From positions 359,166,001-359,230,000 of the forward strand of contig OZ024741.1 of assembly GCA_964016885.1 (NCBI GenBank): DNA of 64,000 nt, given 5' to 3'. This DNA comes from Eledone cirrhosa (Eukaryota). The notes beneath the pieces are model-generated. The model searched no databases and was not told the origin of the DNA. It saw nothing but the letters and a program-made list of their open reading frames with translations. Positions 11,201 through 23,480 of this stretch are shown one piece after another (position 1 is the stretch's first letter; every line of letters starts with the position of its first letter). Both the position numbers and the translations under genes were made by a program.

Positions 11201-12598
11201 CGGAGGTTACGAACAGGGTGTTTGCACTGACCCAGAAGTGGGCCAGTTGCAAACTATCCCTGAAAGGTCGGGCGGAGGTGGCGAACACCTACATAGCGTC
11301 CGTCATCTACTACCGCCTGACCGTAGTGCCCTGCCCAAGGGAAACCCTCACCAAGATGGAGCGCGCGCTCTTCCAATTCCTTTGGAAGAGGCGGGCTCCT
11401 ATGGTGAGGAGATCCATCTGCTGTCAACACCCTTCGAAAGGAGGGCTGGGGATGCCGTGGCTAATGATGCGTAAACACGCATTAAGGCTACGGCACCTCT
11501 ACGTATTCCTCACCGGACAACCGGTGTGGGCCTCGTTTGTGAGACGAACCTTTCCCAGACTCGTCTCACTCACCGAGCTGCAATCCTGGGTCAAGCAAAG
11601 ACCGAGAAAACTGGGCGCCTGGCACACTGAGTGTGCCCAGGCGCTCACCGCCCTCTGGCAGGCGGATCCGGTTATCAGTGGAGACTCCACCGCAACATTC
11701 TATAGAGGGCTGGTACGCAGCAGGTGCGACGACGCCCTCGGAGAAGCCCTAGACATGGAGGAGGACGAACTGGCCAGCCTGTTCGGTAGGACATTCAGCC
11801 CGGGACCTATGGACAACTTCCAGAAATCCCTGGCCTGGCAGTGCTACCGAGGGGCTTTACCCGTTCGAGAAAGGCTCTACAGACACGGGCGCCCGGGTAG
11901 GGACCCCGCCAAAAAGATCTGTCCCAGATGCGTGTGCGACGAGGAAACCGTTGCACACGCATTGGTACACTGCTCGGGCGTAGCCGATCTGTGGGGCTAT
12001 GTCGAACAACTGCTGTCAAGGGTGGGACCGATCCGGTTGACCACCGAGTCTATTGTAATGATCAAGCCGCCTCCCCCCTTCAAAGATGAAGCAGAGGCGG
12101 TGTTTCTGTGCGTAATAGCCATGGCGAAAGAGGTTGTATGGTGGACGCGTCTGAAAGGACTGAGGTCAGGCACCTTTCTCTCTGGCCAACAACTGGTCCG
12201 TTTCTTCCGTTATCATTTCGGAAGAAGGATCAGGATGGAGAGAGAGGTGCTGCACCCCAGCCGTTTCTATGAAAGATGGGTGAAAGTGGCGAGAATGGCC
12301 CGTGTGAATGGGCCTTCACTCTACATCAGACTATAGGTGAGGAAGATGAAAGACCAAGGGAGCACCCCTTCTCTGTGCTCCTGAGGAGAAGGGTTGCACA
12401 CTTTTTTCGGGGGTGTGTGCGACCCCCCAAGGCGCCTCCTCTCTATTGAGGATTTTGTTAAAAATTTTATTTTTTGTTATATCTTATTTTATTTTTATAT
12501 TTTGTTATTGCCTCCTCCTTATTGAGGACGCCTTTTTGTGTAAACTCCCCCTTTGTACTTGTCCCACTTTTGATGCCCTAGTGGCAAATAAAAGAAAC
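8282..12598 (+). mobile_element. Tx1/L1-clade retrotransposon, copy 3, 5'-truncated within ORF1
   Basis: Starts at sequence matching copy 2 position 3930 (ccgaaaatatacccc); 3' end AATAAAAGAAAC followed by TATC repeats. Confidence 0.93.
8899..12336 (+). CDS. Uninterrupted Tx1-like ORF2 polyprotein (APE endonuclease, RT, CCHC zinc finger)
   Basis: ORF track 8875-12336 has no stops; first ATG at 8899 in a CCAACATGG Kozak context; all endonuclease and RT motifs present (IRQG reads IQQG). Confidence 0.92.
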   Translation: MAMLRVGCLNARGLGSTWKQAMLLNDLRSQRIDVMVICEARISNVRQLAPTFDDFEMHASLCQPGGGGGVVVLLQKHLGLATQMVHLDPEGRLVVLDLGSSKGGAFRLVAAYGPFGSMRLDFFHRLETFLGTSRSLLLVGDWNGILDARWDYVGACPDREGCNSLKGLIGRFDLADRYRLDFPTAPTWTWANRSGSSRSYLDRFLVRIKDKDFLSCPKMRMVGYSDHKLVTCMVNLDRTHRQGPGYWKLNLSLPASRAYRNRISTLVKERLTGAIVNSRWWVSLKREIRVVSIEFSKVLAADRNRKERELIDRVEEAIRSGDVARVLASRTALSQFFDAKHEGCVVRSKIRALGNEGTKAVSWARVTEANSGTKSTIRSLRDLDGRAILEPKQMCEAFQRHFARLFGRGGEPVGNVDFGPYLDGLPRLSDREAKSCEEPISAAEIEDVLSQCGKRKSPGLDGLPYELYLAMPDLFPDLLEAVYCNWQQNGRIPCTVTKGVVTLVRKDENKGDEISNFRPITLLNTELQILAKVLAKRLALVVGNLVGDAQTCAIPSRSIHDNLHLMRYIIERVGNEPGFGGALINLDQSKAFDRVDHGYLDAVLAAAGFGPVFRGWITAMHSSRICSRVKVNGYLSEPFKIARSIQQGCPLSSLLYVLTLEPLLRKLELLQGIPLEPGLRKAVSAYADDVTVMVSTASEIEAVGTLLEEYEKFTGAKLNRDKSIGLQLGTWRGRPMPSDGVVGRWTEGPVKLLGVWFGPDLQVEKNWAEVTNRVFALTQKWASCKLSLKGRAEVANTYIASVIYYRLTVVPCPRETLTKMERALFQFLWKRRAPMVRRSICCQHPSKGGLGMPWLMMRKHALRLRHLYVFLTGQPVWASFVRRTFPRLVSLTELQSWVKQRPRKLGAWHTECAQALTALWQADPVISGDSTATFYRGLVRSRCDDALGEALDMEEDELASLFGRTFSPGPMDNFQKSLAWQCYRGALPVRERLYRHGRPGRDPAKKICPRCVCDEETVAHALVHCSGVADLWGYVEQLLSRVGPIRLTTESIVMIKPPPPFKDEAEAVFLCVIAMAKEVVWWTRLKGLRSGTFLSGQQLVRFFRYHFGRRIRMEREVLHPSRFYERWVKVARMARVNGPSLYIRL

Positions 12599-12630
12599 CT
12601 ATCTATCTATCCATCTATCTATCTATCTAT

Positions 12631-12733
12631 TTAAATTGCATTTGTGATAACATTTTACACGTTTTTATTGTATGTAAACTTCCCCCTTTGTATCTGTCCC
12701 CTTCTTTTGTGCCCCTGTGGCTAATAAAGAAAC
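12631..12733 (+). mobile_element. 3'-terminal stub of a related Tx1 element
   Basis: gtaaacttcccctttgtatctgtcccc...gcccctgtggctaataaagaaac is homologous to the copy 1-3 ends; flanked by TATC repeats (12599-12630 and 12735-12803). Confidence 0.8.
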
Positions 12734-12865
12734 ATATCTATCTATCCCTCGATCTATCCATCTATCTATCTATCTGTCTATCTAGCCACCCATCTATCTA
12801 TTTCTCTATTTAACTGCTTATCTCTCAGTCAGTCAGTCTCTCTCTCTCTCTCTATATATATATAT

Positions 12866-12896
<31 letters not shown>

Positions 12897-13670
12897 AGAG
12901 TGTGTGTGTAAGAGAGAGAGAGGGTGTATGTGTGTGTATCTACTTACATATATGCAATTCATACATTTGCTCATAGTAAAAACAACAATAAAAAAATACA
13001 CACAAAAAATCAAAACAAACCAAAACCCCACAAGAAAAAACCAGACCAAAAGAGCCTTGATTGATAGCGTAAGTATTTGCCTGCTGCCAGACAAGATAAT
13101 AAGTTTACTCTAGCAAACATATGTTGATAAGTTGGTGAGGTTATATATTATAAAATCAACTACATAGTAAACCAATGTAAATACATATATACATCTGGCA
13201 TTTGCTGTTTCAATCAGTGAGGGGTATTTAAAAAAGAACCTCACCCCCAACTCATTCATTACCCAAAATTTCTAATGAAATGCACTGCTCATGATTCCTT
13301 CCCAATTGTATGATACAAAACCATTCGTTTTAAGCTATTTATATTTATCTAAAAACCTTCTATCATAATTTTATGAAAAGACCTTTGTTATGTTCCAAAC
13401 ACTAAATAAATAATTATAAAGTTATGAAACTAAGTCCCCTCAAAATTATTTGAAAATCATAGGTAATGCTTTTCATTTGAAATATGGTAACAAAAGGATG
13501 AAATAATTTTGAAAGTAATCAATAATTTGGAAGGATTTAATGATATAATTTACTTTCTCATTATCAAGCTGCTGTTTGGAATTAAACTTTAAAAAATGTT
13601 CTTACATAAAATTATTATGGAAATTTTTGTGATAAAGGCTTTACCTCACATAATAGTGAATCTATATATA

Positions 13671-14050
13671 CTGGAGGCACATGGCTTAGTGGTTAGAGCA
13701 TTGGGCTTGCAATCGAAAGGTTGTGAGTTCCATTCTCAGACCGGGTGATGTGTTGTTTCCTTGAGCAAGACACTTTATTTCACATTGCGGCAGTTTACTC
13801 AGCTGTAGAAATGTGATGATAGGACTGGGGTCCCTATCATTCCACTGCAAAGTGGTTGTGGAGGTGCCACAGCAAAAAAGCACCCAGCCCACACTGTAAA
13901 GTGGTCGTGGAGGTGCCACGCAGAAAAGCACCCAGCACTCAATGTAAATGAGGTTGGTGTTAGGAAGGGCATCCAGCTGTAGAAATCAAGCCAGAATCAG
14001 TTCTCGTCCCACCCTTGCAAGCAGGGAAAAGTGGATGTAAAATGATGATA
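13671..14050 (+). mobile_element. tRNA-derived SINE with CORE-like body
   Basis: A-box TGGCTTAGTGG, degenerate B-box, ccttgagcaagacactt CORE-like segment, (GAT)n tail; further copies at 39585-39918 (-) and 63941-64000 (+). Confidence 0.85.
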
Positions 14051-14409
14051 TACTATTGTATTTTTGTGATAAAGGCTTTACCTCACATAATATTGAATGT
14101 ATGAGATTTTGATATTATTTATTTTGAGAACAATACTTTAGCATAAGTATGAGTGGCCAGTTATGGCCAGTCTGAACAAAAAGACGTGAGAGATTTCTGG
14201 CCGAATATGGCCAGTTTAAATGCCATAGGGTTAAATATCTTTTAAAACAATCAAGATTTTTGAAAAATTTAGTAATATAACTTTCTTATACAGTGAATTC
14301 ATATCAATATTACATAGCTACACAGAAACTTCTTGATGTTTTACAGCTTCTCTTGTTTCCTCTTTTCTTTTTCGTTTTCTTAGGCCTAATCTGCCTCCCA
14401 TTGACCTTC

Positions 14410-14453
<44 letters not shown>

Positions 14454-14636
14454 TTAACGTCCATATTCCACGTTAGCATGGGTTAGAGGTTTTGTTCTAT
14501 TTGATGCGGGATTAAATTTGTGTGTATTATTATTACTTGTCTCACTAACTCTTTTTGATTACCAACTGTAAGAAGTACTCAATACTTCCCTTAATTTGCC
14601 ATGGCTTACTAGCTGTATATGGACGTTTAAATTGAA

Positions 14637-14667
<31 letters not shown>

Positions 14668-15654
14668 GTAAATAAACACCAGCGGCTGCTTAGTAACAAA
14701 GTATAGAGTCTACACCAGTTTTACATAGCAACAGCCCTGTATACCACAGTACTGTACACATAATGTTTACTAATCTGATAATGTAGTTAATTAACACCTG
14801 TTAGTTAATCGACTTGTATATCTCAAGGTTAACTAAAACGTACACACACACACACACACACGCACATATACATAACTACACATGCATATACACATACATG
14901 CATATACAAAACATGCATGTAGACACACACACCCACGTACATGTACACATAATGCCCACATGCATATACACACGTATGCTCGTTCATACACAGGCACATA
15001 CATACACACCTACACACATACATAAAACATGTATACATATACTAAAGGCACACACATACATGAGTTAACATAAGAATCCATACGTGGTCACATGATCTGC
15101 TAGAAATAGCAGCCAGTATTGAATAATGTGGTCTTTGGGTTCCCCGCACACATTTAAAAGACAGGATGGCCATGGCTGGAATACCTTTCATCATAAGTCT
15201 GCTCAATCAGAGTTCACCCTGGGCTAAACAATAATAGCATCTGCAAAAGTATCAACAAGAGAACCTCTACATGGCTACATGATATGCTAGAAATAGCAAT
15301 TAACACACCCTAATCTGATATCGTTCTAAAACTAAGGACACATTAGATACAATACATCTGATAAATGAGGTGAACTGGCAGAATTATTAAAGCTTTGGAC
15401 AAAATGCCTTGCAGTATTTATTCTTGCTCTTTGCATTCTGAATTCAAAACTTATAAGCATTAGCTTTGCCTTTCATCCTTCCATTGTTGAATTGTTGATT
15501 TAGCCATGGAGCATATAGCACAGCTGAAACAAGGTCCACCAAAAGGAGGCTGACAACAAATTTAAAAAAATCTAACTATATATATACTATAGATGGATAG
15601 CTGGAACAGGTAAAAGAGTATATATATATAAATGTAAAGAAACTCTTCAATCAC

Positions 15655-15940
15655 GAATGACCATGGGTATTGCACCTAAAGAGTTCCCTCTCTGAGGCAC
15701 AAGACAGGGCAAGGTGTTTAGTGCAAGACCAGCAGCTGCCCATGCATACCAGTCTCCCCTCTCAACACCACCTATGATTTCCAAGGGAAAGGCAAAGACC
15801 AATATAACTTGGCACCAGTGATGCTGCAACTCATTCCTGCAGCTGAATGAACTAGAGCAATATGAAATATAGTGTCTTGCACAAAGACACAACCTCACGA
15901 TTGTGAACCCATCACACTAACAACTAAGCTACATCACTTC
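15655..15940 (-). mobile_element. Degenerate tRNA-derived SINE
   Basis: Minus strand gtgatgtagcttagttgttagtg head, plus a CORE-like cttgtgcaagacactatatttc segment similar to the 13671 copy. Confidence 0.55.
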
Positions 15941-16689
15941 ACAAACACACACACACACACACATACATATATATATATATTTATATATATGTATATGTAT
16001 ATAAAATAGTCGTTTTGGAAGCCTCAACAATGCAGATGGGTAAATCTCCAGGTAACAAAATCAGGTGGTAGTGAGATGAGAGAGAGAAGTAGGGAGAAGC
16101 TTAGAAAGAGATGTAGAGATTGTATGCACATGGCAAACAAGGAAGGCTATGCATTGTCCCTTCTTTGACATAACTCATTCCCCTCGGAAAACCTCTCAGC
16201 CTAAACTTCAAGAGGAAAATCCTCCCTGCAAATGAGATCCATTCTGACAGCCAGAGACTTGCGAGTATCCTCAATCCTACCTGTGTGGTCCTTTCTGGCA
16301 TCACTCCTGATTAGTGAACTTTCTATCCTCCATCCAATTCACTTCTGGACCCTCCTTAGGGTCTCAGGAATCACAATCTTTGTGTGTCCATTCCATGCCT
16401 CCCAGGACAGGTCACAAGCCATGCAATTTTTGGTGGTCTTTTTCATGCTATTCAGTAATGGTAATTTTTGCTTGGTAATTTTCTCAGACCCCGCAATGAC
16501 TAGGCTTTTTTAGAGGTGGCCTTTACTCACCCCATTCTGACTAGATCAGTGGGTTGTGAAAGTTGTCTTAAGAGCAACTGCGGGAGAAGTACCTAGCTAA
16601 AAGTAAACCTCTTTACTCAGCATTTGTGAGCCTGGAGAAAGCTTTTGAGAGAGTATCCTGTCCCATTATCTGGTGGGCACTAAAAATAG

Positions 16690-17790
16690 ATTAGTGGCTT
16701 GTAAGGGCAGTACAAACCATGTATAGAGGAACAGTCAGTCAGGTTACAATTAATAACATGCAGGTGAGAGTGCATCAAGGTTTTGTTCTTAGCCCTCTCC
16801 TATTTATTATCGCCCTGCAGACTATAACAAGTGTTTAAGAATGGCTGCCTATGGGAACTTGTGTATACAGATGATTTAGCCCTTATAGCTGAATCTATGG
16901 CAGAACTAGAGAGGAAATTCCAAATCTGGAAGCAAGGCCTAGAATCTATAGGTCTTAAAGTCAACTTGGCAAAGACCAAAGTTCTTGTATGTAGAGAGGA
17001 AAAGAGGGCCCAGATTCCCTGAGAAATGCCTTGCTCAGTGTACAGGAAAGGAGTTGGTAGAAATTTCATCCTATGCCCCAAATGCAAACTATGGGCACTC
17101 AGAGATGTAGTGGGATTTCAGGTAGGCTAGCAAAGAACGCAGGTTTTATATGCAGCTGATGCACAGGTGCAGTAAATAGCAAGACCCCACAGGATACTAG
17201 CCCCTTTAAATGTCCAGAGGGTTTGGTAGAAGTAGTTGATAGTTTCTGTTACCTGGGCAACCAAATTAGCAGTGGAGGGGGGTGTTCTGAAAGCACAGTA
17301 GCCAAAGTGAAAACAGGTTGGAGAAAGTTCAAGGAGTTACAACCACTGCTAGCTACAAAATGTTTTTTCCTCAAAATGAAGGGCAGATTGTATGATGTGT
17401 GTATACAAACAGCAATGTTGTATGGTAGTGAGACCTGGGTGCAGTGTGCAAAGGACCTGTGAAGATTGGAAAGAAATGAAGCCTCCATGCTTTGATGGAT
17501 GTGTAATAGTAATATACATGAACAGCAAAGTATAAATGAACATAAGAGGGATCAGATGCAGTGTGCAGGAGAGGAGATTATATTGGTATAGACATATGAT
17601 GTGCATGAAGGATGACAGCTGTATAAAAAGTGCAGGGCACTCAAAGTTGATGGAGGCTATGGCGTAGGAAGACCTAGGAAGACTTGGGATTGGGTGATGA
17701 AAACTGACCTGGCACAATTACACCTCTCAAAGACGATGACACAGGATTGAAATCTCTGATGTTACGCAATAATACTGAAGACCCACTTTC
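16690..17790 (+). pseudogene. Degenerate RTE-clade LINE RT fragment with Cys-rich insertion
   Basis: HQGFVLSPLLFII, LVYTDDLALIAES, KVNLAKTKV, DSFCYLG, AMLYGSETW, GRPRKTW; multiple stops. Confidence 0.8.
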
Positions 17791-18136
17791 CCATGTGCAC
17801 GGGTTGAAGCATACAGCTGTATGCACTACCTACCACCTCCTCCTTCCATACACCTCCATGTTTTAACACCCCACAATTCGTCCATGTCCCTACACTCCCA
17901 CCCATCTCCAGATAAGTGCTCCATCCTAGATCTACCTCACCAATCCCCTATGTACATACTCCACCCCAGCCCCGAGTCTACACTGTAAATGTGGTTGCCG
18001 TTATGAAGGGCATCCAGCCATAGAAACCAAGCCAGAAATAGTTCTGTATGAGCAAGATATGGTCATCTGATCTGGTTTGTCTCACAATGGGACAACTAGT
18101 CTAACCCATGGTAACTTGGAAAAAAAGGACACTTAA

Positions 18137-18456
18137 GTTCTCTTATCGAGTGGTCTTGGATCTCCTACATATAGTTGCTCGCACTTTGCTCGGTTTGTGG
18201 GGTTTTTCGCTGTTTTGTTACTGTTTCTCTTTTCTTCTCCTTTGCTTTCCTTCCCTCCTTCCTTCGTTTTCCCAATAACTTATCCAGTTATTGACGCCCT
18301 GGGGTGAAGTGGTATCTTGTCTTTAAAGCGTAGAAATATCCTAGACCCCAGTAGACAACTGATGAAGAACCCCCCCTCCCCCTGTTCTTGCTTTCTTTGT
18401 ATTCCCACTGCATTTTAAGTTACCTTAAATAGCAACTACACAGCCATTTCTATTCT

Positions 18457-18458
<2 letters not shown>
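18137..18458 (+). mobile_element. Penelope-like terminal (pLTR-type) fragment ending in (TA)n
   Basis: Homologous to 22990-23235; CTGATGA at 18359; followed by (TA)n. Confidence 0.5.
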
Positions 18459-18495
<37 letters not shown>

Positions 18496-19069
18496 GACAG
18501 GGGGGAAGAAAAAAATGGCTTCACTTGTGATTTCAACAAATTTATTTTCTTCACAAAATCCAAAAAGAATTTTTTTCCGGATTAGAAAAAATTAAAAAAA
18601 AAAATTTTTTTTTATAAATTAAGTTGTTGGTTGTTGGTTAGGTCTTAGGAGTTCTTGGTTAACGTAGGAGGTATTGTTTCGTTTTTAGAAAGACCTTTCA
18701 CGCTGAGGTGCGCTTGTCAAACTGATGTGTATGTGGTGTGTTGTTCTATATATATAGGGATTTAACATGTCTGTGGTGTGGTGGGGTTTTTTTTCTCCCC
18801 CTTTAATAAGTGTAGGGGTATAGGTGTGTTGAAAAAATGTTAAAAGCAGTAATGAGTTGAGACAGTGAGTAGGGTTGGGTGGGGAGAAATGTAGCAAGTG
18901 CGGCCTGCCCCGGTCATTCTCGAAAAATTCCTTTATTCAGGGGAAAAAGCTTTTAGTATTCCTTTGTATCGAGAATGGTCATAGGCAAACCGTACCTGCC
19001 AAGCTTGTAAACAATTATTTTTTTCTGAAGAATTTTTCTACGTCCATCCCCAAATTAGTCCTTTGTTCA

Positions 19070-20255
<1,186 letters not shown>

Positions 20256-20339
20256 GTCTCACCGTTCACTCAGATATTCATGTGTACACATAAGAAGAGG
20301 GGGGGGTAGTGAAATGGAATTTTACCTCCGAGTGTTAAT

Positions 20340-21350
20340 TCATTTTTTCGTGTTCAGTAGTGGTTTAAATTTTTCAATGAAGAATTCTTCTTTATATCTG
20401 CGGAAATGTTCGTTATCCGACCATATCTTGAAGAAAGGGAAGATTGTGAATTTTCCCTTCCCGCATGATGCAAAGTGTGCGCTACATGTGGTATTTCTGA
20501 CTGTGGGGTCTTTAATTTGTTGTTTATGTACCCGGACTCTATCATGTAGTCCCGTTCCGGTTTCCCCAATGTAATACTCTTTACACTGTGGACATCTTGC
20601 GCAATATATTAGATTTTTCGTTTTGCAGTTCATGTTTGCATTGACCTTGAAATTATCATGGTTTTTGAAGGACAACTGTTTGCCCTCTTCGATGAGTTCA
20701 CAGGTTCCACATCTAGGGTCCCCGCATTTCGTCACTTGCATTGATTCCATGTTGGTCGTAAATTTTGCCTTGGTAATTAGTTTTTTAAGGTTGGGTGCTT
20801 GGCGTATGCTATAAATTATCTGTGTGTTTTTAAGAGTGCATTCATTTTGGTAGATTGCTGTAGAATCGGGAGATACTGCTTAGCAGTTTTCACAATGTTG
20901 ATGTTCCCTGGGTTGTGAGTGATGACAAAAGAGATAGCAGGGTTTTCTTTTTTATGTTGTGGGTTTGGTTTTCTCAGTGTTGTTATTGGGATGTTCTTAG
21001 CCTTGGAGATGGCTGCGTTGATGAGTTTCATCGGGTATTCTTGATTTTTAAGGAATTTTTTCAGCTCACATAATCTTTTTTCTTGTAGTACGGGGTGTGT
21101 TGCTATAGTGCAGATGCGCCTTGCCATGTTGAAGGGAATGTTCCTTTTCGTATGTGAGGGGTGTGCTGACCGAAAATTTAAGTATTAGTGTGTGTCAGTG
21201 GGTTTGCAAAATAGGTCCGTTATGATATTTTCCCCTTCTTTAATGATGAGGATATCTAGAAAGGGCAGTTCCTTTTCGTTACATTCCATAGTGAATTGTA
21301 TAGCTTCATGAAGCCTGTTTAAGATCGAATAAAATGTTTGTAGGTCTGTT
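20340..21350 (-). pseudogene. Penelope-like element (Neptune-like) RT thumb, Cys linker and GIY-YIG endonuclease, 5'-truncated
   Basis: LPFLDILI, KPTDTH*YL..SAHPSHTKRNIP, CGDPRCGTC, NLIYCARCPQCKEYYIGETG..L..R...H; stop at 21185-21187 and frameshift near 20830. Confidence 0.9.
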
Positions 21351-22045
21351 TGGCTATATCTGTTTGTAACTCTTTAAAATTTACACACACAAACATACAC
21401 AATACATTTCCTATATCAGCTATGGTGCTACAATTGTTACTAATCCTATATTTGTCCCTATAAATAGTTATTTATCCAAAGTTACTCATACATACTGAAC
21501 ATTTATGAGATTATATACTAGAAATAAATTATTAAAATATTATTTTTATTATTTCCACATAAACCATAGGATTTTCTTATGCAAAACAAATTTATGAATA
21601 CTTAAATTTCCCAGTTTGTATGATTGTACATATATCCAGTAACTTTGGTATATATATATTGCATACCAATCCTCGATTTCAAAAAGCTGTCAATTTTTAT
21701 GACATGGGTCCACAAGTAAAAAGAATAAAAGAATATATGACAGTAAAGAAATAAAACATATCTTACCTCCAGTTTGAAAAAAATATTTAAACCAAAACAG
21801 TGACAATAATAATGATGACAATGATAATGATGATGATGATAACTGTTCCTTAAAATATCTCTTCCAAATGATGTGTCAGTGTGCTTCTTCTTCGTCTCTG
21901 CCACGAAATAATAAGAAAGCCATAAATGTATTATCAACCACCTAGTTTTGATTAAATGTTACAATGTCTAGGGTGGGACAAATCTGCTGAGTTGGAGAGA
22001 TGAATTGGCGGCTTTTCAGTAGGATTAGAGATTAACGAAATCAGG

Positions 22046-22087
<42 letters not shown>

Positions 22088-22134
22088 ATATAAAAAAAAC
22101 GAAAAATCAGTGATGCATCTAGACTCAGTTTATT

Positions 22135-22228
22135 GCGTGTTACAATTGTTTCGCCAGCAGATAGCTCGAGACACGATCATTGTATGGATCTGCTTGATTC
22201 TACAACTGCAGGTTCTTCGGACACATGC
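22135..22228 (-). ncRNA. Hammerhead-ribozyme-like motif (type I, long stem II)
   Basis: Minus strand GUGU-CCGAAGA-long stem II-GAAAC-AAUU-GUA-ACAC; palindromic stem III typical of Penelope hammerheads; U4C variant. Confidence 0.65.
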
Positions 22229-22790
22229 AATGCTTTCTGAGCAAATTTTCTCACTGGGGTGTTATCTTCAAAAAACACCTTCCAAAAAAAACATCTTCCA
22301 CTCTTGTCTTGCCATTGGCTGTTGTTTTTCTACGTCATCATAAATTCTGGTCACTATTTGCTGCCACACTGGTCATCAGCTACTCTCGGTCCGACACACT
22401 TCAATGGACTCATGCTGGGTTTGGTATCTCACACGTCCGCTCACACTCGCGAGTATATACCCACAGATACACACACACATAAAAACACACCATACACATA
22501 CACGCAGACACATAAACATATATGCATACACATATGTACGCACACATGTGTAGACACACACACCCATATACATATACACACACACACTCCCTCTCTTACA
22601 CATACCCACGCACACCCACATACACAGCCACACACGTCCACTAGCGCCTGCCTATATAGCCCCATACATCCGGTCACACACGCACGCACACGCGCAGACA
22701 CACATACACGCATACAAGGACACATATCAGCGTTCGCGTACATCTGCACACATACACAAACACGCACAGACATATACATAGACACACACA

Positions 22791-22887
<97 letters not shown>

Positions 22888-22929
22888 ATATATATATATA
22901 TTATATATTTTCCTTCTTTCTTACATTTG

Positions 22930-23235
22930 GATTCATCTCGAAAGGTCTTTTTTCTAAGCGCTCATATATTCACCTAGCTTATGCTAACAGAATAACTATG
23001 TAGCTTGTTCCCTTTCTCTCTACGGTTAGCTTTCCTCTTGTTTACTTGTCTCGCTCGCTTTACGCGTTTTAATTGTCCTAATAACTTAATTTAGTTATTA
23101 TTGCACCGACGTGAGGTATATGATTTTTAATGCAATGAAATATCTATGATCGTCGGCAAATCACTGATGAGGGACTCATTTTATAACATGTTATCCATGT
23201 GCAACCTGCAGTATTCTTCTCCCCATTTTTTTACA
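22930..23235 (+). mobile_element. Penelope-like terminal fragment
   Basis: Shares gaaaggtcttt with the minus-strand 3' region of the 20-21 kb element and the structured motif with 18137-18458; ends in (TA)n. Confidence 0.5.
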
Positions 23236-23480
23236 TATATATATATATATTACGTTTCTGAATTTGTTTAGCAAGATTCTTTATCTGAAAACGTGTGTTG
23301 AAACCGATATTGTTATACTTTGGGAGGGTCATGTTGCCAATAAGAAACACACGCACCAGTTGCTTTCACTTCAATTTATTATAATAAATTTATAAATTTA
23401 TAAATTCATAAATTTAGGAATTTATAAATTTCTGGTTGGTTGGTTGGTTGGTTCCACAACCAGATGATTGTTTACATATT

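Noticed and set aside
74-12019. Short overlapping and antisense ORFs inside the Tx1 copies
   Set aside because: They recur only because the element is repeated; no recognisable domains
13671-13745. tRNA gene
   Set aside because: SINE head: no complete cloverleaf, and it continues into the SINE body in several copies
14345-14452. Minus-strand DDDDEEGQWEAD* resembling an acidic protein C-terminus
   Set aside because: The Asp run is the (GAT)n tail of an adjacent SINE fragment; no splice acceptor evident
21767-21941. Possible minus-strand exon ending in GAG|GTAAGA
   Set aside because: Weak acceptor and no convincing reading frame or partner exons; cannot be supported without transcripts
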